Positions 44,349 through 57,354 of a stretch of 64,000 bases of DNA are shown one piece after another. Position 1 is the stretch's first letter; each line of letters begins with the position of its first letter. The DNA comes from Octopus vulgaris (lineage: Eukaryota): NCBI GenBank assembly GCA_951406725.2, contig OX597840.1:37014001-37078000 (forward strand), given 5' to 3'. The position numbers and the translations under genes were made by a program. Under the pieces are notes generated by a model, which ran no database searches, was not told the origin of the DNA, and worked only from the letters and a program-made list of their open reading frames with translations.

Positions 44349-44650
44349 AGCGGTGAACTGGCAGAATCGTTAACACACCGGGCGAAATGCTTAGCGGTAT
44401 TTCGTCTGCCGTAATCGACTTAATATCTATGTCTGTCCTTGTTTGTCCCCTCTGTGTTTAGCCCCTTGTGGGTAATAAAGAAATAGGTATTTCGTCTGCC
44501 GTTCTGTTCTGAGTTCAAATTCCGCCGAGGTCGACTTTGCCTTTTATCCTTTCGGGGTTGATAAATTAAGTACCAGTTACGCACTGGGGTCGATATAATC
44601 GACTTAATCCGTTTGTCTGTACTTGTTTGTCCTCTCTGTTTTTAGCCCCT
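44349..44650 (+). mobile_element. Composite SINE family A (tail segment inside the head)
   Basis: The 17-mer ggtatttcgtctgccgt is duplicated at 44396-44412 and 44486-44502 around a family A tail segment. Confidence 0.85.
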
Positions 44651-45177
44651 CTTTTCGTTGTGAGTTCGACGTGTTAACGATTCTGGCAGCTCGCGGTCTT
44701 AAAACGAGTAGATATATTGAGAGAGAATAATATGGTGGTGTCCTTCTTCAGAAAATGAATGTCATTTGTTGAGAAAGTCAATGAAGTAGAATTATGGAAT
44801 GTTGTGAATATTTGAAGAGAATGGCTTCAAGTGAAGAGATTATAGAATAATGGACAACCAGCCAAAAGGTCAACAGTGCTACTGAAAGAATCATTCGGCT
44901 CTGGATGTTTCTTTCGCTCGGGCAATTAAATCTCGAAGAGGATTTCAATTATTATTATGTTGTTGTTGCTGGTGTTTGGATTCACTTTAGCCTTGATTAG
45001 CAAAAACCGTAATCTTTTCGCATCCAAGTACAATGCATTCAGAACGATAGAATCTACTGAGCTATCATTCTCATATACGTCGAGAACTTTGGACTTGATG
45101 AGGGTTTGCTTGATTTAATCAACTGACTCTTTCCACCTCCATTAATTCCTGATTTACTTTTTCGTGTAATATAGATA

Positions 45178-45300
45178 GGAGCACTCCGTCGGTTGCGACG
45201 ATGAGGGTCCCAGCTGATACGATCAACGGAACAGCTTGCTCGTAATATTAACGTGCAAGTGGCTGAGCACTCCACAGACACGTGTACCCTTAACGTAGTT
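45178..45300. mobile_element. Fragment of another interspersed repeat (family D, probable SINE)
   Basis: GC-richer segment gagcactccgtcggtt..gctgagcactccacagacacgtgtacccttaacgtagtt, recalled as a common octopus repeat; single copy here. Confidence 0.45.
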
Positions 45301-45654
45301 GATTGACAGAGTTGCTAACGCACCAAGCGAAATACCTTGTGGTATTTCTACCGGAACATTACGTTCTGAGTTCAAATTCAAATGAAATAAAGTAGCAGTA
45401 AAATTTTGAGGTCTATGTAATTGACTAACCCCCACCCTCCTTCAGAATATCTGGCATCTTACGACGTCAATTTTTGCTTCCCATGTTTTCGGGATCAAAA
45501 TAAGGACCAGTGGTAGATTTGTTCCCTTCCTTCAAATTTACTGGTCATATATGAATATTAGTAAGAACGTTTAACATTATTGTTGCTCTTATTGTCGCTA
45601 CTGTTATTGTTGTTGTTGTTGTTGTTGGTATTATTATTATTATTATTATTATTA

Positions 45655-45870
45655 AGGCGGCGAGCTGGCAGAATTGTTAAGGACACCGGGCGATATGCTT
45701 AGCGGTATTTTGTCTGTCTTTGTGTTCTGAGTCCAAATTCCGCCGAGGTCGACTTTTGCTTTTCATTCTTTCTAGGACGATAAATTAAGTACCAGTGAAA
45801 CACTGGGGTTGGCTAATCGACTAGTTCCCTCTCACAAAATTTCATACTTTGTACCTTTAGTAGAAATAAT
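45655..45870 (+). mobile_element. SINE family A
   Basis: ggcggcgagctggcagaa..ccgccgaggtcgact..gataaattaagtaccag. Confidence 0.85.
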
Positions 45871-45874
45871 TAAG

Positions 45875-46048
45875 AGACATGCTTAACTGGTTACGGTCAA
45901 ACAACTGACTAGCAAATCTGTGGTATTGAGCAGAATATTTGCTGTAGCCCATCTTTTACTCCAAGACAAAACAATGTAAATGATAACACTTCCAATCAGT
46001 TAAGATCAACAGCCATAAGAGCCACTGCCTTGTATTGCGTCAGGGCAT
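45875..46048 (-). mobile_element. Repeat family E terminal fragment
   Basis: gcaaatctgtggtattgagcagaatatttgctgtagcccatc..gcgtcagggcat followed by (TAT)n. Confidence 0.8.
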
Positions 46049-46184
46049 ATTATTATTATTATTGTTATTATTATTATTATTATTATTATTCTGAAAGAAC
46101 CTCGTATAGTTCTTAATTACCGGTTACTCTTTACTTGAAAGCAGGCAATAGTAAATCACGTTCTCCTGTGAAGAAATTGCTGCC

Positions 46185-46502
46185 GAATAAATCGACATTA
46201 GAACTTATTCGTTTTCTTTTGCCGAACTGCCATGTAATTGGGAAAGTATATAAACCATTACCGGTTGTCAAGCGTAAGTGGGAACAGACACAAAAAGTCA
46301 CCCCCCATACACACACACACATATATATATACACATATATTCGACAGTCCTTCATTTTGCATTGACCAAATCCACTCACAAGTCTTTGGTCGGCGCTAGG
46401 ATACAGTAGAAGACACTTGCTCCAAATAGTACGCAGTGAGACTGAACCCAGAACCAACTGGTTGGGAAGCAAAATTCCTACCACACAGTCACGCCTGCGC
46501 CT
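46185..46502 (-). mobile_element. SINE family B
   Basis: ccggttgtcaagcg..CA/TA tract..ccaaatccactcacaag..accacacagtcacgcctgcgcct. Confidence 0.8.
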
Positions 46503-46926
46503 ATAATTACGTTATCTTTACAGATACACCATCTTGAAAAAAAAAATATTAACTGCACCAAGTGATCCTGCTCAGATGGTTTAATACCTTTCATAAAACC
46601 TTACATAAAGTCTAATCTCATCAGTTTGCTTCATTCCCGATTAATTAGCTTTGACAAGATGCTTACGAGCTTCAATTAGTCCGAGAATATAGTTTCACTT
46701 AGAATTATTACATTCAGGCAATTCAGAAGATTGTTCATTAAAACGTGCAAAATTATGATCAACCAAATACAGAACATCAAAGTTACAAACCCTGTGACCT
46801 TCCCTTTCAAAAGATATACCCTTCTACTAAATCTCAGCTACTTTAAAAAGAAAGTGTGGTCGACAGCGGTGAACATAGACGTTTATATAACGATACATAC
46901 TTTATTTATTCATATTTTATTATTCA

Positions 46927-46958
<32 letters not shown>

Positions 46959-47441
46959 GAATTCTTCCGTTGCAGATTACAATGAAGATTTGATCTTGAG
47001 GAATATTTTTAAGAATTGATTTTCTCGGCTTGAATCTTCAGAAGTTTTTTTGCTTGATATACATTTTAAATAAATAATTGGTTTTACTAACAGTCTCTCA
47101 CCCTTTTTCTCTCTCCCTCGCTTTGGCTTCCTCTCAAACAACACAGATTGTAAAATACGTTCATATATATACACATGCACAGACACGTGTGTGTGTGTGT
47201 ATGTCTGTGTATACATACACATACACACATATGTGTGTGTATAGAAATAAGATATATATGTCTGCACGTACATCTGTGTGTGTACGGAACTGTATTTGCA
47301 TATAGTTCTACGTAAAAATGATTTTAAGGACGCACAGACAAAAACACTTTTTAGATATGCACAAATATATACATATTTATATGCACATATATACATATTT
47401 ATAAATATGCACATGTATACATATTTATATGCATATATGTT

Positions 47442-47476
<35 letters not shown>

Positions 47477-48282
47477 GTGTGTGTTTGTGTGTGTGTATGC
47501 ATATATAAACAGAAAATTGTGTAATATAAATATGGATGTACACGTACGCATATACATGTGTATACATGTATTTGGATACAAACATGTATGTCTGTATGCA
47601 TGTGTGTATGTGTATATATGTGCGTATGTAAGTAGGTAGGTAGAGAAATAAGCAGGTAGGAGGGTGGGGGAGCTATCCACACAATAGATTACTTATTAAT
47701 AATATGATTTCGTTTTGTCTCATCGATTTCACAATACACAATATTTATCCGTATTTATCCTATTCTTTGGAAGTTTGCTTTATTACATTCTTTAACTTTT
47801 TTCTTATTATTGATCCTGCTTTTGTTGTTGTTGTATATTTGTTTATTTGTTTTTAACTTGTTTACTTTTGCTTTCTTGTGTCATTCCATGTTCTCTAAGT
47901 AGATTCTCCACTCACATTTATCTCAACGTTCTCGACATTTTCCGATAAGATAAAGCGAAATGACATTCACATATTTCTTACAAACCTGGGCAAAGCTAAT
48001 TATAGCCAAATCGCTTGGGGTACAACAATAAATATATTTTTTGCTTGTTTTCATCTTTTAATTAGAGCAGAAAAGTTTGCGCCCATGTTCGTACGTGAGC
48101 CCACAATATAGGTAGAAATAAGCAGTAAAGTTATCCTCAAAACGGTCACGAGTCACCGTTAGTCAGGATACTCCCCGGGAGATCGGGCCGATTTGGGTAG
48201 CCCTACTTGGAGCAAAGATCCAGTCAGCTACCCTCTCACGAATCTATGGAATACGCAAGCCCCCTCATGCCCAGGTATTGCG

Positions 48283-48494
48283 GGGAGCTGGCAGAAACGT
48301 TAGCGCGTCGGGTGAAATGCTTAGTGGTATTTCGTCTGTCTTTTACGTTCTGAGTTCAAGTTCCTCCGACGCCGAGTTTGCCATACATCCGTTCGGAGTC
48401 GTTAAATTAAGTAACAGTTGCGTACTGGAGTCGATCTAATCGACTGGCCGCCTCCCCCAAAATTTCGGGCCTTGTGCCTAGAGCAGAAAAGAAT
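48283..48494 (+). mobile_element. SINE family A
   Basis: Close reverse-complement match to 14993-15202. Confidence 0.85.
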
Positions 48495-49313
48495 GTGCAT
48501 TATTATATTGTGTGCATATTCCACCAAGGCAACGGAATGGTAGAATCTTTATTAAGGTGGACAAAGCGCTTAGGAGTATTTACGTTCGGAGTTCAGATGC
48601 CTCAGAGGTAAACTTTACCCTTCATTTCTTCGGTGTCGATAATAAAAAGTACAAGTTAAGTTTTGGGGTCGATGTAGTGGCCTCCTTCTACTCCTACAAA
48701 ATGGCTGTCTTTGTCTCCAAATTTGAAAGTATTCCACTGTGTACATATTCATTTTGTTTGTACGTTGTTTGCAGAATGTTTTCAGGAACAAACGCACTTA
48801 TATTAAAGGTGACTGTGAAAATAAGAGAAGGATGAGTGGAGCCTCTGATTTACAGAAAAAATTATTATGAAATCCAATTCCTTCAGTGTTGGAACATTTT
48901 TTAATCGCTCTAAGCATTTTAGAACCGAGCGTTACTTCATCGTCTAAATATTTGTAAGAATGTAAATAAGTCCACATATAATTTCATCCCCATCGAGAGA
49001 CGCATAGAATTACACAACTCGCGTGTTCTATAGACCACTGATACGTGATAACAGCTGAGCCTCTGATCGAACACGTACACCTGAAGAGCACGACTGCGTC
49101 GACGTCGACGAAACATCTAATACGGGAGTTGAGTCAACTATGTTACTTATGATCCCACTACAAACATTGAGAGCAATCTAATTTTCGTATGTTCAACCAC
49201 CGGTACACACAGAACCGCTTAGACATATGTATATTGTTGGAAATTTTCCCACTGCATAACTGCCATTAAAGAACACGTCAGAAATTGATTTCGATTGGCG
49301 TGAGTGTATATAT

Positions 49314-49367
<54 letters not shown>

Positions 49368-49783
49368 ACATATACATATATATATATATATATATATATT
49401 GCATCCCTTGCATATTTCATATAAAATTCATCATATATCGATGCATGTATGGTGTAATTAGCACTTTATCAAAAAGCTACATAGCAACGTCAGGACGTTA
49501 AGTGTGTATGAAAAAGAAAGGCAGAGAAAAGAGGAAGAGGGAGGTGGGAGTAGAAGAAAGCGAAAGAGTGGGAGGGAGGTGCTTGTCCATATTTATTATT
49601 ATGAATTGCTAAAAACATGTCTGAAGAAACCTTTGGGAAATAACTTCTCAATGAATTGATCTCCATTTATTTAATCAAGACAAGTATTGAGTACATTAAT
49701 GTAGTTTGTCTGTGTGTTTGCATATACATATAGTTTGTCTGTGTGTTTGCATATGCGTACAAACTTACATATTAATGTTTATG

Positions 49784-49845
<62 letters not shown>

Positions 49846-49894
49846 AAGATATATAAATTTGCTCATGCACATATACCTACAAGAAAGTAACTAT

Positions 49895-49948
<54 letters not shown>

Positions 49949-50161
49949 ATATATAGGGAGAGAGAGTGAAAGTGAAAGGAATATGCATAAGTAATATATA
50001 TATATACAATTATATATACTTATTCATCCGTAGACACACATGTAATATAATTACTTACGGTGATATATATAACCCGAATTACATATATATTTATATAGGT
50101 TTGTAACTATGTATGCGTGTGCGTATATATACATATGCGTGTGTGTGTGTATGTATGTAAC

Positions 50162-50209
<48 letters not shown>

Positions 50210-50554
50210 AAGGCATGTTTTCTGTAAGAATTCCAAACGCAAGCCATGTTTTAAGTAGCGTCTCATATGTACCTGTAATATTATATTCGCATTTGATCGA
50301 TATGCACTGTTCACTAATATTATTAAGTAGATTTACCTTTCTACACACACACACACACAACCTCAAACGCATACACTAAAGCACACACACACACACACAC
50401 ACACACACCGACTCAGAAACGTGTATTGCAACGCAATCATATCTATATATTTGTACATATACATAGGCTAGTATCACTGCTTTTGCAATTCTGTGTACGC
50501 TTATACATCAATCCATATTTTGTACGAGCGAACGAATACAAATACACACAAGCA

Positions 50555-50598
<44 letters not shown>

Positions 50599-50634
50599 CA
50601 CACACGAATATGCATATCTACATCAATATCCATG

Positions 50635-50674
<40 letters not shown>

Positions 50675-50733
50675 GCACAAACATGAATATTCATAGATGC
50701 ATGTTATATTTGTGAGCGTACACACACACACAG

Positions 50734-50783
<50 letters not shown>

Positions 50784-50943
50784 GCATATTTATCTATGTA
50801 AGTATCTACGTATTCGTACATATATCAATATATATCCATAGGTGTATGCATGTGAACATAAATTATACATAAATATATATATATATATATGTATATATAT
50901 AAATATGAATATATAATACAACATGATATAATATATAATATAT

Positions 50944-50978
<35 letters not shown>

Positions 50979-51467
50979 GTTCTCCTCTACCAAAAACTCC
51001 TTGCGTCTTTGAAGTGGAAAGCTGGCGGCAGTAACTCTTAATGGCTATATTAACCATTTTGAGCAGTAAATACTGCTTTCATTATATTAACTGTTTGAAG
51101 TCTACAGCCGCTGGTCCTCCCCCCCTCTCTCTCTGTACGGGATACAAATACTAATACTTCTATTGCACATAGTAACATGCACTGATTGTGTGTTAGTGCG
51201 TGTCTCTGTGCGTGTGTGTGTGTACGTGCATGCATATGCATATAAATATATATATATATGTATATATATATATATGTATATATATATGGTAGAGGGAAAA
51301 TATATATATATACATATATACATACATGTATATAAAATAAGATGTTTGTAAATGTTTATTTACATATATACTTACATATACAAAGATATACAATAATATT
51401 ATATATATATATATACATGTGCATGTAAACTTATATGTATATATGTATGTATATAAGTGTGCAAATA

Positions 51468-51512
<45 letters not shown>

Positions 51513-52997
51513 TGCAAACACATATATATTTCTAAATATGTACATATATACACACACGTTTGTTTCCAAATGTATATAACGACGTGACATGTAGGGCTAG
51601 GAGTATTTGTGCGTATGTTCTTTTATGTAATTTTTGTCCCTACCCCACCCCTATTTTCTCAGGGTAAATTTTTGTCTTCGGTGAGGAAATAGTATTGAAC
51701 GGGTGGCGTTTAAAAGGTATATAGCGGAAACCAAACCAAACAAGCATATTAATAATACTAACAATAACGTTGATGATAATAATAATAACAATAATAATAG
51801 GAATCACTTAAACGAGAGGAGGAGAAGTAGGAGAAGAAAATATGAGGCAAAGCAGACTTTGGAGGAAAAAAAGAAGAGAAATGAAGAAAATGTGAGGAAA
51901 TCGATGAATAAAAAAAAGAGGACGAAAAATATTGCAAAAAAAGTAAGAAAATTACTTAATAAAATCAGTAAAAAATTTCCTACAAATTCCGTCAAAAATA
52001 GGTTACGATTAATGCGATGCAGTTTCCAAATATAACAGCTTGATATAAAAAAATAAATCTAAATCGCATGTATATATTAATAATGAAATATGTTCGGTGT
52101 CAGTAAAGGTGTATATATAACATGCTTCACCACATCCTAATCAGTGTAATTATTCATCTTCACCCGAGTAAAGGTTTACCATTCATTCACGGCTTGCTTT
52201 TAGCTATCTACAATATATTTATATACATCTACATGCCTGCGGGTGTAGGTGTACACACACACGTTATGCACATACCACACACACGTTCTCCTTTGAATGT
52301 TTTAGAACTTGTATGCGTTTATGAGTGTTTGCACTTGTTTTGTCAGCCAAAACCGCTTAACAACGGCCCAGTGAGTTGTTAGTGGTTCGTCTAATGAGAC
52401 CCGGAAGATAATTGACATAGTTAAAAATAAATTGACTACCGGGAAGGGTTTTTCCGACCAAAACGCTCAAGACGGTGCCCCAGCTTGGCACTACCAGTTC
52501 AGTGTGTAAAACAACTAAACTATAAAAGTTATATGCATACATATATACATATATTACACAATATTTGACACAATTTATCATTATGCTATGGTAACGAAAG
52601 AGTGCTCGACACCAAGGTAGAGCGAGAAATATGCGAGAATATATATATATGTATATATATATATAATATACATTCAACGATATACACTCAAATACTTCAG
52701 GGATTGCGTCCATCGATACGATAAAACACACCGCTATGCAATGTTATAGCTCCATATTGAAATATTTCTTGAGAATTATCTCCATTAAGCTTGAAGAGTA
52801 GTTGGGTCGTTGGGACCTCTTCCATGGTTTTTAAGAAAATATATTTATGAGATATTGTACAGGTCTTGCAATATTTGTCTGTGTTTCCCTTTAAATGAAC
52901 TCACCGAAATAAGCGGTATTTCTAAAAGCGACAGCTGCAGTTGTTTGATGTCCCCAATTTATATGAAAGAGAATTACTGCAGAGGCGGAATTTCCTT

Positions 52998-53046
52998 ATC
53001 CCAACTGACGAAGATAACAACTATCAGAAACACGTGTGTCCAGGAT
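52998..53046 (+). ncRNA. Minimal type I hammerhead ribozyme motif (family H4)
   Basis: CTGACGA (53005-11), A, GATA ACAAC TATC, A, GAAA (53027-30), CAC GT GT GTC^ (53038-40). Stem III is ACAC/GTGT; stem I is imperfect (ATCC/GGAT offset). Confidence 0.6.
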
Positions 53047-53465
53047 TAATGGAACATATGTTCTGAAATTTATACTCGCATATCTGCACGTCACTGATCT
53101 GCAAACTCAAGCAAACCGAACAACACTTCATATTCAAACTCGTAACCAAGTCGCAGATGGGTTTAAAAGATTTCCTCCTCTTCCACCTTCTTCTCATTTC
53201 GCTAATCCTATTCATATTGTTGAGCAACCATCTCACGTCAGTTTTTCATATCTCATTCTCTCTAATTTATTTTCTTCTTTTCAGTTCTCGTTCCTCTTCG
53301 TTCTTTCCGTTAAATTCCCTTTCCGACAATTCCCTATCTACGAGCGCCACATCAAGTTCTCATGAGATCTCCATGCTACTTCTCTTTTTCTTCCCGTTCT
53401 TTCTCTTTAAACATGAAGGTGTGTGTTCGAAATAATCAATACTCCACACTCCACCACACACACAT

Positions 53466-53542
<77 letters not shown>

Positions 53543-53650
53543 AGATTATTTGCTAACATAACGTGGCAGTCCTGGTTTAGGACGAATGTTACTGTTATTT
53601 AGCCCCAGGAAAAATCGTCTCCAGATGGCCATACGACGCACAATCTGTGT

Positions 53651-53714
<64 letters not shown>

Positions 53715-53953
53715 ATGTTGTGTATGTGTGTGTATTGTGGATTAATAAGGCCAATATTGGTTTCATACTCAAGAGATTTCAAGATTTTTCAAGCCTGCCA
53801 CATGGGGCATTGGTACTCGTCTGTATCTTCGATGAAAACAGCATAGCACAAGTCATGGTAATCAACGTTGAAGAACATGATTACACACATACACACACAC
53901 AATTCCTGGAAGTAGATATCCATATCTATATGTCTTCACCTCTCTCTCTCTCT

Positions 53954-53996
<43 letters not shown>

Positions 53997-54165
53997 AATA
54001 TTAGGGAAAGAATCCAAAATTACAGGGAAAAATCAGATTTAGGGTTAAATCCAATTTTATAGTAAAATATTATATAATATAATTCGAGACAAAACCACTA
54101 TTTTAAAACCAAACAAGGAAAGACTTAATCAATACATAAAATTTTAATATAAATTAAATAAACCG

Positions 54166-54208
54166 CCACTACAAATGTTTCATGTCTGCTCCGACAATCT
54201 TCAGGTGG
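54166..54208 (-). ncRNA. Minimal type I hammerhead ribozyme motif (mirror copy)
   Basis: Exact reverse complement of 54264-54306. Confidence 0.7.
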
Positions 54209-54263
54209 ATTTTCGATCTTCTAATCAGTTTCAAAATTTGATACTGATTAGAAGATCGAAAAT

Positions 54264-54306
54264 CCACCTGAAGATTGTCGGAGCAGACATGAAACATTTG
54301 TAGTGG
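54264..54306 (+). ncRNA. Minimal type I hammerhead ribozyme motif
   Basis: CCAC CTGAAGA T TGTC GGAGCA GACA T GAAA CATTT GTA^ GTGG. Stem I is CCAC/GTGG, the CUGANGA and GAAA boxes are intact, stem II is TGTC/GACA, stem III is ACA/TGT and the triplet is GUA. Confidence 0.75.
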
Positions 54307-54390
54307 CGGTTTATTTAATTTATATTAAAATTTTATGTATTGATTAAGTCTTTCCTTGTTTGGTTTTAAAATAGTGGTTTTGTCTCGAAT

Positions 54391-54430
<40 letters not shown>

Positions 54431-54432
<2 letters not shown>

Positions 54433-54627
54433 TTAATCCAAACAAGAAAACACAAAAAAACACAGCAACGCGAGGACGTGGAACAAAAAAAGTATTATTG
54501 GACGCTCAGGAAAGAAGGAGGGTATAACGTTTCGAGCGGAGCTCTTCGTCGGAAACAAAGGAGAAGGAAAGATCCCGAGAAGGGAAGACAGAGGGAAAAA
54601 ATTGCTGGCAGTGCTCACGAGGTCACA
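54431..54627 (-). mobile_element. Hammerhead-bearing repeat family H2
   Basis: Minus strand 54556-54522 reads GTTT CCGACGA A GAGC TCC GCTC GAAA CGTT ATAC. Its 3' end abuts (TA)n; homologue at 4601-4707. Confidence 0.65.
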
Positions 54628-54630
54628 TAG

Positions 54631-54663
<33 letters not shown>

Positions 54664-54680
54664 TGCATATGTATCTGTGA

Positions 54681-54719
<39 letters not shown>

Positions 54720-55365
54720 TATGTCTAGATGCTTTCATATTGGTGTGTATATATAATATATTTGTGTACATGTATGTAGACGTGTTCGTTTATATGTGTA
54801 TACATGTGTGTGCGTTATTTTCGATTAATTCCCCCACATAGGAAACTTACAATCAGACTCTCATCAAACTATCCTCATAAATAAAACCGTTCATCTTTTA
54901 CCGATCTCTTAATAGCTGGAGCCGTGCATCTTACTTCTGCTAACCCCCCCAACCTCCTCCCCAGTAAAACTAATACAGCTGCACCACCACCACCACCACC
55001 ACGCTTCCTCTTTTCATTTTCATTAACATGTTACATGTTCATAACGAATCTCACAGATAACAACTCAACACAAACACACACAAACACATACACGCGCACG
55101 TACACTCGTACATGGATGCAAACATTCACATGAACTTTTATACAAATGCGAACATGTAGTAATATGTGTGTGTGTATGTGAGCTTGTAGGAGTACTGTAG
55201 GAGACACGTGCAGATATACTTTATCAGATGCAAGCTTTATTCGACGGAACTTTCCGTTCAGCGGGTGGAACCTAAATAATTTATTGCTACAAGGAAAATC
55301 ATGATCGAAATGGTTACTATTATTATTAATATTATTATTATTAGTATTAGTAGTAGTAGTAGTAC

Positions 55366-55899
55366 TGAGTTAGAGAGCAGTGCATACCAACGAAGTGACA
55401 CTGGAGTAAAATTTATGAAACCCAGTTTGCCCATGATAACTACCCGTCTGATAAGGGTACACATGCATCGCAACCGTAAGTGTGCGACATAGTGATCTCA
55501 TATCAAGATAAACAGCGTATGACCTTACGGGTGGGGCCCAGTTACAATTTGCCACAGGTCGAGTAGCCCGCACCGGTCAAAAGGTCCCTGAATAAGAGTT
55601 ATTTAAGAATGTCGAACGAAACATCTATGTTTCCAGATGTAAATTATTCAAACCTCCTAGACGATGCTCCCCCACTACTTCCGCTCATGATTAGAGATGC
55701 ACATATCGTCAGCCACCAAGGGACATGCTCAAATGGTTAAGATGAAACAACTGATAAGCAAATCTGTGGTATTGAGCAGAATATTTGCTGTAGCCCATCT
55801 TTTTTTAATACCATGACAGAGCAATGTACATGATAACACTTCCAATCAGTTACGATCAGAAGCCATGATAGCCACTGCCTGGTACTGCATCAGAGCATT
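55366..55899 (-). mobile_element. Repeat family E, longest copy
   Basis: Colinear (reverse complement) with 35275-35680 and 59735-59958; (TAT/TAG)n on both flanks. Confidence 0.85.
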
Positions 55900-56094
55900 T
55901 ATTATTATTATTATATTATTATTATTACTGTATTGTAAGTGCTTTACGAAGGATGTGTGCTGTGCCTTGAAGTGCTAGTTTCTGTACATTATGTACATTC
56001 CTAAATCCTGGTGTTTTGGTTAAGTATTTGTATATTTTTAATTATACCGAATGCACCTATTATTATTATTATTATTATTATTATTATCGTTGTT

Positions 56095-56295
56095 GTAAGT
56101 ACGCCGGATAAAATAGTAAGCGGCTTTTGTTCCGTTTTATTTCAAATTTCTGTGTTCAGATGCAATCGAGACCTTCTTTACTTTTCATCCTTTCGGGGCA
56201 AATAAAATGGCTACCAGTTAGCAATGGGGTTAATCTGATCGGGAAGCACCTCGAGCACAAAATTTCAGGATTTGTGCCTACATTAGAAAGGATTA
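56095..56295 (+). mobile_element. SINE family A, degenerate
   Basis: acgccggataaaat..ttttcatcctttcgggg..accag..aaaatttcaggatttgtgccta. Confidence 0.6.
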
Positions 56296-57354
56296 TTTGC
56301 AGTGTTATTTTTACTGGTAGTAGTAGTAGTAACTGTAGCAGTGCAGTTGTTGTTGGTAGTAGTAGTAGTAGCAGCAGCAGCAGTAGTTGTTGTTATAGTA
56401 GTAGTCGCTTCACAATACTGATTTTCAATTTCCCATTTCAAGGGAAGTTTTGCCGATTAAGCCGTTTATTGGTTTACCAATGGCGATAGAATTTTGGCTG
56501 TTATTCTCTCATAATCCTGAGAATAATCTTTGATTAACGTAGCTTCTGTGATCTCACGCGGACGTCAAATACATTTGAAAAATGGCTTTAATATTTATAT
56601 GGCGCCCGATAGCAGTGGCCATTTGTTAATTTCCTGGTCAGTCTTGTGATAACAGCTTTGTTGGAGATAGACAACTAGCTGTAAGTGCAGTGCCGGAGAT
56701 GTTTGGCTTAATCAGATGCTAATCATCTTAATGATGTTTTATGAGCGTCGTATTTAGAAGTGAACTGGCAAGCGTGGAGATTGCAGAGGTTGTGTATGAA
56801 TATATGTGTGTATATACGAATGTATATATGTATTTGTCACTCTGTGTGCATATATATATATACATATATATATATATGCATATGTGCATGTGTATGAATA
56901 CATATAGATATATGCACCTATATATGTGTGTATGTGTGTGTATTTATACTTGTGTGGTGTATGTTATTTGTGTGTGTTGTGTACGTGTGTGTGCGTATGT
57001 GTGGATGTTAGTATAGAATAGTAGTCAAGAAGTCGGTTTGGAAACCACGAAGTCGTGGGTTCGACGTCAACTCGTGGAAGCTCAAGGAAGCGTCTTTACA
57101 ATAGTATTTTGTTGCCCCAGTCCTTTTCAATGAATTTGGGGCGACGGAAGCCAATTTGGGGTGTAGAAGCCAATCGGGTGGACTTAATTAATTATTTAAA
57201 GTTCCGTTTTTCTCACACTGTTTCACGGTGATTCGACTCTGTAATTCTGTTAATAGTATACGTAGTCTGCGGAATACTCAACGCCTTGCACGACCAAAAT
57301 ACGACCAAAATAGATGTGATACTGCATCATCGTGATTGCAGCGGTAGAGTTTAT

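Larger units (their letters stand above)
53990..54401. mobile_element. Palindromic hammerhead-bearing mini-element in (TA)n, family H5
   Basis: 165-bp inverted arms at 54071-54235 and 54237-54401 with one mismatch; flanked by (TA)n on both sides. Confidence 0.85.

Noticed and set aside
49078-49130. CTGAAGA..GAAAC hammerhead candidate and partial miR-981-like match (gtcgacgaaac)
   Set aside because: Stems I-III cannot be formed convincingly, and the miRNA match is only 11 nt and lacks the seed.
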